DNA of 64,000 bases from Octopus vulgaris (taxonomy: Eukaryota): contig OX597832.1 in NCBI GenBank assembly GCA_951406725.2, positions 57,040,001 through 57,104,000 of the forward strand. Reading direction: 5' to 3'. The notes under the pieces were generated by a model that was not told where the DNA came from, ran no database searches, and saw only the letters and a list, made by a program, of their open reading frames with translations. Below, piece after piece: positions 1-12,939 of this stretch (position 1 is its first letter; each line of letters opens with the position of its first letter). The position numbers and the translations under genes were made by a program.

Positions 1-323
1 TTATTCTTTGTAAGCCTAGTACTTATTCTATCAGTCTCTTTTGCTGAACCGCTAAGTGACGGGGATGTAAACACACCAGCATCGGTTGTCAAGTGATGTT
101 GGGGGGACAAACACAGACACACAAACATATACACACAAATATATATATATACATATATACGACAGGCTTCTTTCAGTTTCCATCTACCAAATCCACTCAC
201 AAGGCTTTGGTCAGCCCGAGGCTATAGTAGAAGACACTTGGCCAAGGTGCCACACAGTGGGACTGAATCCGGAACCATGTGGTTGGTAAGCAAGCTACTT
301 ACCACACAGCCACTACTGCACCT
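1..323 (-). mobile_element. tRNA-derived SINE, family A (octopus OK/OR-like), truncated by window edge
   Basis: Minus strand reads GGTGCAGTAGTGGCTGTGTGGTAAG...GGGTTCAG/GGATTCAGTCCC (A/B-box-like), CORE-like CCTTGG(G/C)CAAGTGTCTT and a central TA/TG microsatellite. More than 20 full or partial copies occur in the window. Confidence 0.85.
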
Positions 324-1408
324 ATAAAACTTAACCTGATTAATCCTTTATTTTGTTTGTTTGCTTTTTCTTTACATCCCTTGGCCCGTTTTGGTCACCC
401 CATTATTGCCCCATTTTTCTTCAATGACCCCCCTGGATCTTTCCACCACCCCCAGTGGGCCAGTTACCACCCACTTTGTGAACCACTGATCTAAGGTAAT
501 GCTCCAGCATGACCTCACCCAATGGTTGAAACAAATAAATACTAAAATAAATGAAATTCTGAGTCAACAAGGAAGACTCCATGTGGTCACATAGCTTACT
601 AGAAATACTAACCAAAGTTCCATCACACCACACCTTACTACTTCAAAGAAGGAAGGACACTGGTTAATAAAGGTAGTCTTAAATTTATGGTGTCTGAAAG
701 GCGAAAAAAGGATGTTTTTAAATAGGACAAGACAAAGTCCTTGTTAAAACCATAAAACAAATACGAAAAGAAGAAGGATCATTATATTAGGAATGTCTTT
801 GATCACAGACCTTCTCAAAGAAATCTGACCTGAGGCTAATCATCACCATTGTCAACAATAACAACAACAATATTATGAAGAATGTGAAAATGACTGAAGC
901 AAAATTGTCTCCTCTTAAGAGACTGTTGTTTATGACAGCTTTATAATATGATACTAAGATCAGAGAATTCCAGAAATTCAGTGGTAAATGTGTGTAGATG
1001 GGGGGCAGAGGGCGGGGTGTGGAGAAGAAGGAGAGAAGAAGGTGTGTAAGAATACACGGTAAGATGCTTGCTATACCTAACTTTGATTTAAATGAATAAA
1101 TATGCAAAACCAGCCTGAAGAATAAACGTGGCATGAATTATAACCAAACCTTCTTCAGATGACACGGAGCGGGATGTGGACGCGATGCTTGTGTGTGTGC
1201 GTGTGTTTGTGTGTATGTGTGTGTGTGTTTGTGTGTGTAAGAAGACGTGTGATGGTACAGTAACATCAACAGCTGAGAAACATGAACAGTAAATTGCAGA
1301 GGATGCACAGTTATTGGAGAAGAATCACTTCAGGTTGACTATGTAATGGTAATAATGCTAACGATATATTACAAAAGGTGAGCGCAGGTGAGTTGAATGG
1401 AAAATGTG

Positions 1409-1695
1409 TTAACCCTTTCGTGACAACATTTCTAATGAAATACAAAGCTTAAGTTTCAATTAGTTCTGGAAATAATCAAGTATTTCAAAGATTTGGTTTA
1501 GTAAGCAAGTTTGTTCTTCATTCATCGGTATAATATATTAAACCAGTGTTTTGAATACAGATTAACAAAAGGTTCTTAAGATCGATGGAATTTCAATGGA
1601 GGGTTTTAATTTAGATATGAATATTCTAGATTAGGTAGGTTTGTGTTAGAAAAACTATGGGTGGTACCAGGTGGATTGGTTATCAAAAGAGTTAA
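1409..1695. mobile_element. old TTAA-flanked MITE (piggyBac-type)
   Basis: TTAA-CCCTTTCGTGAC ... TATCAAAAGAG-TTAA. The termini resemble the younger TTAA MITE at 5741-6690; the interior is diverged. Confidence 0.5.
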
Positions 1696-1914
1696 GGTGT
1701 GTTTATGAAATTAATAAGTATTAAGAAATAAATAAACATGAAATAAAAAAAATCAATTTAATATACACTTGACTGACACTGTCTGCTATAAATATGAAGA
1801 ACTGAAGCCATTTAATTATGTAAATAAGTGATGTGAATTAAAATTTTAAATTAAGTTATATGACATATCAGTTACTATATATCTGTGAGATTACACAGAT
1901 ACACACATATAGAT

Positions 1915-1972
<58 letters not shown>

Positions 1973-2017
1973 CTCACATACATGTATCTCTCTCTATCTC
2001 TCCCTCTATATATATAC

Positions 2018-2062
<45 letters not shown>

Positions 2063-2322
2063 TATCTTTAGTAGATCATAAATTCAAAAGAGAAGCACAC
2101 TCTAAGGTATAGGATAGCCATAACCATCTTTACCTAATTATATATATATATATATACACACACATATATACATACATATCTTGCTTAGATATTGTGATAT
2201 TAATAATGTGGTGTAGAACTCAATACACATATGCTTCAGACCAAAGCATCAGTCAAGAACAGACCAGTAATAAGGAAGAAATAAATTACTATCTTATGAA
2301 ATAAATTGTACTTTATGTTTGT

Positions 2323-2403
2323 GGCTCTGACGAAGCTATAAGGTGTTACTCAGGCACTCAACTATGAGTCCACTGCATCTTGTAGCAGAAACAACTGAAA
2401 GCT
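2323..2403 (+). ncRNA. degenerate type-I hammerhead ribozyme motif with long stem II
   Basis: GGCT-CTGACGA-A-GCTATAAGGTG...CATCTTGTAGC-A-GAAA-CAACTGAA-AGCT. Stem II is 11 bp including G-U pairs. Stem III and the cleavage triplet are decayed. Lies between (TA)n tracts. Confidence 0.55.
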
Positions 2404-2504
2404 AATGAAGTTCATAAGACAATCATTTATTTCTTCATCATCTCTTTACTTACATATACATATACATATATATATATAAATACATATATAAATATATATA
2501 CTGT

Positions 2505-2813
2505 GAAGGTGCATGGCTCAGTTGTTAGAGTGTCAGGCTCACAATCATGAGGTAGTGGGTTCAATTCTCAGAACGTGCCATGTGTTGTGTTCTTGAGCAA
2601 GACACTTTATTTCACGTTGCTCCTATTCACTCATCTGTAGAAATGAGTTGCAACGTCACTGGTGTGAAGATGTATCAGTGGCATGGAGAAGGGAGGCTGG
2701 TATGCATGGGCAACTGCTGGTCTTCCATAAACAGCCATGCCCGGACTTGTGCCTCGAAGGGGAACTTTCAAAATGCAATCCCATGGTCATTCATAACTAA
2801 AATGGGATCTTTA
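2505..2813 (+). mobile_element. tRNA-derived SINE, family C
   Basis: TGGCTCAGTTGTTAGAG (A box) and GGTTCAATTC (B box), then TGTTGTGTTCTTGAGCAAGACACTT. Other pieces at 7551-7738, 7986-8105 and 24241-24500. Confidence 0.75.
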
Positions 2814-2860
2814 CCCTCTATATATTAACACACACACACATACACATATAGACATATATA

Positions 2861-3427
2861 CGAAGGTGACTCAAAAAGTAATGCCATTTTGTTTAGGACA
2901 GGTATAATTACCAACACATGAACATGTATCATACATCAAAATGAAGCTGGTTCTCTGTGAATCACATCCCTACTCCTCAGCATAGTCACCGTTTCTCTCA
3001 ATAGCAATGTTCCACCTTTGAATGAGAGCATGTATCCCTACTCCGTAAAATTCTGTTGACTGTTCTTTGAGCCACTTCTTCACTACATTTTTTACTTCCT
3101 CATCACTGGAATAATGTTTGCTTCTCAAACCCTCTTCCATGGGGCCAAAGAGACGATAGTCTGGTGACGGTGATAGTCTAGTGACAAGGAAGTGAAAACT
3201 GTAGTGAAGAAGTGGCTCAAAGAACAATCAACAGAATTTTACGGGGCAGGGATACATGCCCTCATTTGAAGGTGGAACATTGCTATTGAGAGAAACAGTG
3301 ACTATGTTGAGAAGTAGGGATGTGATCCACAGAGGACCAGCTTCATTTTGATGTATGATACATGTTCATGTGTTGGTAATTATACCTGTCCTAAACAAAA
3401 TGGCATTACTTTTTTGACTCACCCTCA
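2861..3427. mobile_element. mariner-derived fold-back non-autonomous element (two inverted 3' ends)
   Basis: TA|CGAAGGTGACTCAAAAAGTAATGCC ... GGCATTACTTTTTTGACTCACCCTCA|TA with ~250-bp inverted arms. Minus strand encodes a mariner transposase C-terminus (SPSPDYRLFGPMEEGLRSKHYSSDEEVKNVVKKWLKEQSTEFYGVGIHALIQRWNIAIERNGDYAEE*). Confidence 0.9.
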
Positions 3428-4164
3428 TATAATAAAACTGAAAGACATTGAATTTCCAGTATTCAGAGTTGCCCATTTACAATCATCAGCAGGTAAACCG
3501 AGCCTGGTTGACACTTGCCCAAGGTGCCCACACGGTGGAACTGAACCCATGACCATGGGATTAGGAAGCAAATTTCTTACCACACAGCCACAACTACACC
3601 TACGTGACAAAACACATATAAATGAAGTCTTCTACTTCAAACAAAATATTGATTCTATCCAAGATTGGCTTCGATAGATAGATCTTCATTACTTCAAGAA
3701 AAAGATATACGAACGTTATTGGAATCGGTCAGTTATATGTAGAATTATCATTCATTCAAAATTATTTAAATTTATGCATCTATTTTGCATAAGTTGTCGG
3801 AAACTGGACAGAAAACCCATCTACAACGGAACAATTATAATTAGATTGGAATTCAGAGATATGGTGTTCTTTATCTGGGAATCTCGTTTATTATTCAAAT
3901 TTCGTGATTTATTACAGCTTCTGTAATAAGATAATAGATATTGCAATTGATAAGATATTTGCAAACAGCTTTGGGTAATAGTGAAAGCCATAAATATATC
4001 TCTTTAATGAGAAAATAAACGAACCTCTACACGGAGTCGTTTGATTTGACTTGCTAGAAAAAGCAGAGCTAGATAATTCTAAAATCATATCATATCTGAA
4101 TAAAAAAAATAAAGATAAAGAATAAAATAAAATGTACATCAGGCAATGTTATCCAAGCTGTATG

Positions 4165-4492
4165 GTGATGATGATGGGGAAAGAGAAGAGAAAGAGGGGG
4201 AAGAGGGAGAAGAGGAGGAAGGAGAGGAGATAGAGAAGAGGAGGAGATAGAAGAGGTAGAAGGGGATGTAGGGGAGGAGGTAGGGGAGGAGGAAGAGGAG
4301 GTAGAAGAGGAAGTAGACGAGGAAGAAGAGGTAGAAGAGGAAGGAGAGGATGTAGAAGACGAGATAGAACAGGAGGTAGAGGAGATGGAAGAGAAGTAGA
4401 AGAGGAGGTAGAAAAGGAGGCAAAAGCATAGATAGAAGAGGAAGAATAGGAGTTAGAGGAAGAGGATGTAGAGGAAGAGAAAGAAGAAGAGC
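4165..4492 (+). repeat. purine-rich low-complexity tract with Glu-codon periodicity
   Basis: Reads EEIEEVEGDVGEEVGEEEEEVEEEVDEEEEVEEEGEDVEDEIEQEVEEMEEK in one frame, with stops and frameshifts on either side. Confidence 0.7.
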
Positions 4493-5253
4493 ACCCATAT
4501 ATGATCAGATTCTATTTGTTCATTCTATACAAGTGAAATCTCTTGCCACAAGCGTTAAGGACTTTGAAATACAATTCAGAACTAAGCTGACAAATGGTCC
4601 CATATTTTTCATCATCACTGGATTTTTCCCCGTATCCTTCAATCAAAGGGATTTTATTTTTGTCTAATTCACTGTTATTAGCAAAAGTTTCCACATCTCT
4701 GAATTTACTAATGAGTATTGCAAGTCCAGAATAATGTAATTACGAGCTATCAATTAACCCAATAATTTTAATTCTTCTTAATTTCCTGATATAATGTTGC
4801 TAATAACCAATTACAACATCCATCTCGAGCCAATTAAATATAAGACACTTTAAAGCGTTCTTATAAAATGAAGTAGCAAAAACAAAGAAAAGAAACTAGA
4901 TCCAGTCTCATACCAGGCAACAGGATTACCCTTAATCACTTGGATTATGAACAGGGATAAAACCAATAGAATGAAGAACACACAAAGACAAACCCAAAAC
5001 AACATACAAACAAGTATGTAAACATCACAATAAACAATAATTTAAATCTAAATAGACGAACAACCCATCATTAGCTACTGTATTGGAAATCATTATGGTT
5101 TCGACACCAAGAGTTCCTATTATTCAATCCAACAATATCCACAGAGCTAAAAAATTGAAATGCTGCCCAAGAATTACAAGACATCATACACATATACTTT
5201 TACTTGTTCTTCTTCTTCCACCAACATGAAACTTCATTTCTTAGAACATGTCC

Positions 5254-5645
5254 TTTACTTGTTTCAGTCATTTGACTGCAGTCATGCAGGGGCACTGCCT
5301 TTTAGAATGTTTAGTTGAACACATCGACCCCAGTACATTCATTCTGTTAAACCTGGTACTCATTCTATCAGTCACTCTTGCTGAACTGCTAAGTTATGGG
5401 AAGGTAAACAAACCAACACCAGTTGTGAAGCAGTGGTGGGCATAAATACAGACACAAAGACACACATGTACACACACACACACACACATATAGACAATGA
5501 GCTTCTTTCAGCTTCAATCTACTAAATCCACTTACAAAGTCTTGGTTGGCCCAGGGCTAGGAAAAGGCACTCGCCCAAGGTGCCACACTGTCGGACTGAA
5601 CCCAAAACTATGTGGTTGGGAAGCAAACTTCTTACCACACAACCA
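5254..5645 (-). mobile_element. SINE family A copy (older, CpG-decayed)
   Basis: TTTTACTTGTTTCAGTCATTTGACTG tail through CCAAGGTGCCAC...GGACTGAACCC head. Confidence 0.8.
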
Positions 5646-5740
5646 ACCCAATCCTTTTAAACTGCATCCCTCAATATGTTCCTCTTCCACAAGTTCTTAC
5701 ACAATTAAAAAAAAACATTAACCACATTAAAAGGACACAT

Positions 5741-6690
5741 TTAACCCTTTCAATACCAACCCGGCTGAAACCAGCTCTGGCTCTGTAGTACAAATGCCTT
5801 GTTTTCATAAGTTTTGAATTAAAATCTTCCACGAAACTTTAGTCACAATTTATGTTCCTAACACTAGCTTATTTTACTAAATTCTTTGTTATATTTAAAA
5901 TTAATTGAAAGAAACACAGAGCATCTCAACAGAAATATGGTGACAAAAGGCTTAAAATATATAATCGAGAAACGATTCTTAACCCTTTCGGTACCAACCT
6001 GGCTGAAACCAGCTCTGGCTCTGTAGTACAAATGTCTTGTTTTCATAAGTTTTGAATTAAAATCTTAGTCGCAATTTATGTTCCTAACACTAGCTGAATG
6101 ATAACTAAGTTGTTTTACTAAATTCTTTGTTATATTTAAAATTAATTGAAAGAATCACAGAGCATCTCAACGGAAATATGGTAACAAAAGGGTTAAAGTA
6201 TATAATAGAGAAACGATTCTTAACCCTTTTGATACCAACCTGGATGAAACCGCCTCTGGCTCTGTAATATAAATGTCTTGTTTTCATAAGTTCCAAATTG
6301 AAATCTTCCACCAAACCTTAGTCACAATTTATGTTCCTAACACTAGCTGAATGATAACCAAGTTGTTTTACTAAATTCTTTGTTATATTTAAAATCAATT
6401 GAAAGAAACACAGAGCATCTCAACAGAAATATGGTAACAAAAGAGTTAAAATATATAATAGAGAAACTATTCTTGACTCTTTTGATACTATATCTGCTGA
6501 AATCAGTTCTGGCTCTGTAATATAAATGTCTTGTTTTCATAAGTTCCAAAGTAAATTCTTCCACCAAACCTTAGTCAGAATTTATATTCCTAACACTAGC
6601 AAGTTATTTTACTAAATTCTTTGTTATATTTAAAATTAATTGAAAGAAACACAGAGCATCTCAAAATAAATACGGTAACGAAAGGGTTAT
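5741..6690. mobile_element. tandem array of four TTAA MITEs (piggyBac-type) separated by a constant spacer
   Basis: Units start TTAA-CCCTTT(C/T)(A/G)(A/G)TACCAACC and end GGTAAC(A/G)AAAGGG-TTAA. Unit starts are 5745, 5983, 6224 and 6477. The spacer is A(A/G)TATATAAT(A/C)GAGAAAC(GA/TA)TTC. Confidence 0.9.
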
Positions 6691-7138
6691 CAGGGTCTGT
6701 AAGAAGGGGTGCAGGAAGTACATTCTAAGTGAGTCTGGGAATTTATTTCGATGTCAAAAAATGTTTGCACATTTGGGTAAGCCGTGTGCCAAAATGAACT
6801 TAGTAGCGCCAAATAAGATTCTACAGTGTCTCTGATGTCTAGTATCAGTTTACGTTAAAATTCTCAGCAGTTAAATCATTCATAATTAAACAAGATTTTT
6901 GTTGCACATAAGACAGCTAATCAACACAGTCTCGTATTTTCTCTGATTACATTAAACAGATTACTTTTAAGATTTAATCAGTCATAATTTTCTTGGTTAA
7001 CATTAAAGATGGAGCTCTCAGTCAAAACCACTACACTAAAAGCAAAAAGTTAAAAATCTCTTGGAAAATATTTAATGACAGATCTCACTCTAACAAGACA
7101 AAAGTTAATGATGATGATGGTGGTGGTGGTGGTGATGG

Positions 7139-7179
<41 letters not shown>

Positions 7180-7181
<2 letters not shown>

Positions 7182-7550
7182 AAATACCCTGATGCGGTAC
7201 CAGACAGTGGCTCTCATGGCTTCTGATTTTAACTGATTGTAAGTGTTATCATGTACATTGTTTTGTCTTGGTATAAAAGATGGGCTACAGCAAATATTCT
7301 GCTCAATACCACAGATTTGCTTGTCAGTTGCTTCACCTTAACCAGTCAGGCATGTACCTTAGTGACTGAAATATGTGCATCTTTGATGATGATGAGGAAG
7401 TTGTGGCGAAAGAGTCAGCAGAAGTTTCACCAGAGCCACGTGGAGCTTAGGTGTTTCGCTCATAAACAAGCACATCGCCCGGTCTGAGATTCGAACCCGC
7501 AATCCCTCGACCACGAGTCTGCTGCTCTAACCACTAGGCCATGTGCCTCC
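7180..7550 (-). mobile_element. tRNA-derived SINE, family D, with (CAT)n tail
   Basis: Minus strand GGAGGCACATGGCCTAGTGGTTAGAGC...GGGTTCGAATCTC gives clear A/B boxes. About 300 bp of body follow, then a (CAT)n tract at ~7108-7181. Confidence 0.75.
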
Positions 7551-8541
7551 TAGAAATGAGTTCCGACATCACTGGTGCCAAGATGTATCAGCCTTTGTCT
7601 TTCCTTTGGATAACATCAGTGGCATGGAGAGGGGAGGCTGGTATCCATTGGTGACTGCTGGTCTTCCCAGACTTGTGCCTCAGAGGCGAACTTTAAAGGT
7701 GCAATCCCGTGGTCATTCATGACCGAAGGGAGTCTTTATTTTTAACAAGGATAAAGTTATTTGATTTAATATTGTAGTGACTTCTGTTTCTTTTTCAAAG
7801 GTTAGCATGTAGGATTTCTGGTTTATTGCCACCATTAATATATCCAACACTCTCACTCTTTCCTCCTGCATCTTGCAGCTCACCAGCGATGGACCGGCGT
7901 CCCATCCAGGTGGGGAACCTATACGCCAAGAAACCGGGAAACCGGCCCTTATGAGCCAGGCATGGCTCGAGAAGGAACAACCAAAAACTCATTTCTACAG
8001 CTGAGTGAACTGGAACAACATGAAATAAAGTGTGTTGCTCAAGAACACAACACATAGTCTGGTCTTGGAATTGAACTCACAACCTTATGACTGTGAGCCT
8101 GACACTGAGCCCATTTTATATGACTTAATATTTTATACTTAAGTGCTGACATGACGGTGTAGAAAGAGGTTTGCTTCTCAGCCATGTGGTTTCTGGTTGA
8201 ATCCCACTACATAGAACCTTGTACATGTGTCTTCTACTATAGCCCTGGGCTGCCTTGTGAACAGATTTGATGGAAACAGAAGGAAGCCTGTCATTATATA
8301 TGTGTGTTCTTGACAACCAATGTTGGTTTGTTTGTGTTCCTGTAGCTTAACAGTTCAGCAAAAGAGACAAAATATGAACCAGATATAAAAATAACTACTG
8401 GGATTAATTTGTTCAACTAAACCCTTGAAGGTGGTGCCCCAGGGTGGCCACAGTCCAATGACTGAAAGAAGTAAAAAAACCATAAATAAATTATATATAT
8501 TTCATACTTAAAAACCAGAAAGAAAAAAGACATCGCAATAT

Positions 8542-8946
8542 AGGCGCAGGAGTGGCTGTGTGGTAAGTAGCTTGCTTACCAACCACATGGTTTCGGGTTC
8601 AGTCCCACTGCGTGGCACCTTGAGCAAGTGTCTTTTACTGTAGCCTTGGGCCGACCAATGCCTTGTGAGTGGATTTGGTAGACGGAATCTGGAAGAAGCC
8701 CATCGTATATATATATATATATATATGTATATGTTTGTGTGTCTGTGTTTGTCCCACCAACATCGTTTGACAACCGATGCTGGGGTGTCTACGTCCCTGT
8801 AACTTAGCAGTTTGGCAAAAGAGACCGATAGATTAAGTACTAGCTTACTAAGAATAAGTCCTGGAGTCGATTTGCTCGACTAAAGGCGGTGCTCCAGCAT
8901 GGTCGCAGTTAAATGACTGAAACAAGTAAAAGAGTAAAGAGTAAAG
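8542..8946 (+). mobile_element. SINE family A, near full-length young copy
   Basis: GGCGCAGGAGTGGCTGTGTGGTAAG ... GGGTTCAGTCCC ... (TA)n ... GACTGAAACAAGTAAAAGAGTAAAGAG tail. Confidence 0.9.
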
Positions 8947-9362
8947 AGAGATATCACAGTAAAGTTCTTTGAAATTTTTTTTTTTTTATGTTGATCATGT
9001 TTGTATTTTATCAATATTCTAGTTTTGTCTGTACTTTCTTTTGAGATTGCGGCAACATGAAGGATCATCCATAAAACAGTCAGTGGGTCAGAAGATAATA
9101 TAAATATTCTAGCCTCAACTGAAATAAACTTTATGTCTAGACACCAAGATGTTAGAAAATAGCAACCTACTGCTGTCACATCAATCTTTCTATACATCAC
9201 CCTCTGGTCACTGCTATATATTACACTGTATGCCATTTGAGATGTCTACATCAAAATGTAAAGTACACAGCAATACATAAAAAGTGTGATTGAGCCGATG
9301 CAGAAAGGGGAATCTCAGTAGTCGCTCGACCTGGTAACGATAGCAGCCAAATCTCCCTCAAA

Positions 9363-9580
9363 TTAACCTTTTAGCATTCAGATTACTCCATTAACTGTAA
9401 TGCTTATTTATTCACATTGTTTTGAATTAATCCTGTGATATCTCCTAGCTTTGAGATTTCAAAGAGGTTGTTGTTTATCCTTAGAATGGCATTGTAGGGT
9501 AGGCGTAAATTGCTGGATCTGGCCAGTTTTAGCATAAAGCAGGTAGAATATTAGGGACCATTTGAATGCCAAAGTGTTAA
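9363..9580. mobile_element. second TTAA-flanked MITE family
   Basis: TTAA-CCTTTTAGCATTCAGAT ... ATTTGAATGCCAAAGTG-TTAA, imperfect TIRs. Confidence 0.55.
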
Positions 9581-10903
9581 ACCTTACGAAACATAAATTT
9601 GAAAAGGGACAAGCACAGGGGAAAATGGAGTTGTTGATAAACAATGTTTGAGAAAAGGATGGATTGGCCATGGTTGGAATACTTTAGATCATAGGTCTTC
9701 TTGTATTGACAAGGAGCTAAATGACAACTGAGGGGATGTATATATACTAGAAAAACTGCTGAAGACGTGTGGCCTAGTGTTCTGGGTAGGGAATTAGGTT
9801 CAAGATCACAAGATCATAGTTTTGATTCCTAGATTGAGTGGCACATTGTGTCTTCGAGTAAGGCACTTCATTGCCCATTGCTCTTATCTATTCAGTTGAA
9901 ATCAAGCACCAGTATTTGGCTGGTACTCATTTTCAACTCTCTCTCTCTCTCTGCCTCCAGCTGTTATATCTAAAACGTTCAACCGGGTTATTAGACGACA
10001 GGGCAAAGAGAGTGTCTAGGTCGGCTCACAAATACACAAGGACTGAAAACTATTAGCAAAAACATGGTACATGTTACCAAATCATATTCACATGATTTGC
10101 TCGACTAAAGGCAATGCTCCAGCATGGTCGCAGTCAAATGACTGAAACAAATAAAAGAGTAAAAGAGCAAAAAGAGTTTATAAATTAGTAAAATATAAAA
10201 TATCTATTTACGCATAAAAACAGGTGTGGGGGCGCTGAGGGTATTATGTGGCCATGAGTGGAGGTGGGGGGGCAAAATGTTTGAGAACCTCTGGTATAGA
10301 TGAATAAGAAGTAGAAATTAATTCTAATGGGATTCATGCCTAGAAAAAGTGTCAAAGGGAACTGGATACTGTAATATATACAGACACCACCAAGCTCCAT
10401 CACCCAAGACTATTCAGATATCGATGTCTTTTGATAAGGTAGAAAGACAGTTTTTGTAAAAGAGAGAAAGAGGTTGTATATGGACGAATGGAAGTGAAGG
10501 TCAACAATGATGGAGTTTTCCGACACTATTCAAATATCAATTTCTCCCAATGAGGTGAAGGCCATCTTTTGTAGAAGGAACGTGTAGTCAAAGATCACAT
10601 TTTAATCACTGCCCCCCCCCCCCCCACCACCACCACCACTCCCTCTCTCTCTCTCCTTCCTTCCACACATCTCTCTCTGCCTTTTGTATCACTGCTGCTA
10701 CTATGGCCTCTTCAGCACTAGCTGGTCTCATATGACCTCAGGCCCAAGCACCCCCTCTTCACTCATTCCTCCTCCTCCTCCTCCTCCCCCTCTTAGTCAC
10801 ATTGTGTCTACCGTCACAGAGCTTCTTAAGCTAAATGCTAACCAAGCCCTGCCTTCCTAGAAGAGAGTCAAACAACTGAAATGCTCGACTTTTAACAGTA
10901 AAA

Positions 10904-11132
10904 TTAACCCTTTCGATACCAACCCGGCTGAAACCACCTCTGGCTCTGTAGTACAAATGTTTTGCTTTCATAAGTCCCAAATTAAAATCTTCCACCAAAA
11001 TTTAGTCACAATTAATGTTCCTAACACTAGCTTAATGATAACTAAGTTATTTTACTAAATTCTTTGTTATATTTAAAATAATTGAGAGGAAAACAAAGCA
11101 TCTCAAAATAAATACAGTAACAGAAGGGTTAA
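10904..11132. mobile_element. single TTAA MITE, same family as 5741-6690
   Basis: TTAA|CCCTTTCGATACCAACCCGG ... CAGTAACAGAAGGG|TTAA with a TTAA target duplication. Confidence 0.9.
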
Positions 11133-12939
11133 ACCACAGTCTGAGAGGGCATGCAAAAAGCTATGGACACAGCTCCTTTCTCCGGACCAAACCAACAAAG
11201 GGGAAAAAATGAAATCAACAATAGGTGCAGCAGGTATGACTGTGTGGTTAAGAAGCTCACTTTGGAACCACACGGTTTGGGGTTCAGTCCCACAGTGCAG
11301 CACCTTGAGCAATTGTCTTCTACTTATAGCCCCAGGCCAAGCAATGCCTTACAAGTGAATTTGGTAGCTTGTCGTATATACATGTTTGTCCTCCACACCA
11401 GGTAACAACTGATGTTGGTTTGTTTACATCCCCTTAATTTAGCAGTTTGGCAAAAGCGACTGGAAGATAAGTATCAGACTTAAAAGTCCTAGGACTGATT
11501 TGTTTGACTAAACCCTTTAAGCAGTGAAACAAAAGAAAAAATATGTGCCCCACCCCTACAATGTGTGGCCCTGTGCCAATTTAAATACTCTCTCTTTTTA
11601 CTCTGCTGTAAAGGTATGTCACTAAATCTTATGAACTTCTCTCAACAAAAATACAGAAAATATTCTTTCAGTTTATGACCACAAATTCAAAGCAGAAATT
11701 AGCATTGAAATTTTGGGAGAAATTTCTTTTTCAGAATCAAAGACACCATATTTTCAGATGTTGAAATCCCACCTATCCCGAACAAAAAAAATTCAAAAAT
11801 TCAAAAATACAAGTTAAAGGCAACAAAATGAGATTTGGTTAAAAAAAAACAAAAAATTAAATTAACCATTTTTTCCTTTTTTTTTCTGTTTTTCAAAAGC
11901 GTAATTTCCATTATTGAAAACATAGGAATCCAAAGAAATTTTTGAGAAAAGAATGACAAAAAAAAAACAGAAAAAAAAAAAACCGGATGAAATGTGGTGC
12001 CTATTTGACAAATCCATTTAGACTTTGGTTAATTGAGTCAATACCTCAACTCACTCTAGTAATAGGTTCCAAGACGTGTGACTTAACTCAAAAATTGATG
12101 GTAACACAGAAAAACATTTTTAAACATTTATTAGCATAAATCTAAACGGTTTGTACATATTTTCACATGTATTTTATTAGATTTTTTACTTTAGTGTTGC
12201 TGTTTTTTTAGGTGTTTTTCCTCTTTTTAAAAAGTTTTATGCTTTTAAATATGTTTGCCAACACTGATGCACAGATGGATAAACCGATTGAAGTTGAGGC
12301 TTATTTTTTTTTTCATCACCACCACCACCATCACCATCATCATCATCATCATCATCATCTAATGGTTGTTTACCATTATGTAAATGGTATCTGTGCTGGT
12401 AGCACGTAAAAAGCACCCATTAAGCTCTCTAGAGTGGTTGGCATTAAGAAGACCATCCAGCTGTAGAAACCCTGCCAAATCAGATTGGAACCAGGTGCAG
12501 CCCTCCAGCTTACCTGTTCCAGTTAAGCTGTCTAACCCATGCCAGCAGGGAAAGCAGATGTTGAATAAAAAATTAAATGCTACAAGTAAACAAGAATTTT
12601 AATCTATTGTTGTCATTTTCACAAATCAAACAAAACAACAAACACAATAACAGCTTTTTAGAATTTTTTTTTTTTTGCCATTAATTAGCAGACTTTTCGT
12701 TAACTATTCACTTAAACATATAGTTGTTCACTAACATATTTAAAAAAACAAATATTTTTTTTTTTGAATTTCAGTCTTGTAATTAAAATACAAAGATAAC
12801 AAAGAAGTGACATTCATAGCTTTTCCAAGTACATGAACGATGTGAGTGAAATAGTTCCAAAAACCAATTAAAATGACAGACACATCCAAAAATCACAGCA
12901 TGAAATAATGATATAAAATAATTGGAAATTGCAGCTGGA

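Noticed and set aside
7476-7550. tRNA gene
   Set aside because: A/B boxes are present, but there is no proper acceptor stem and it continues into a SINE body and tail.
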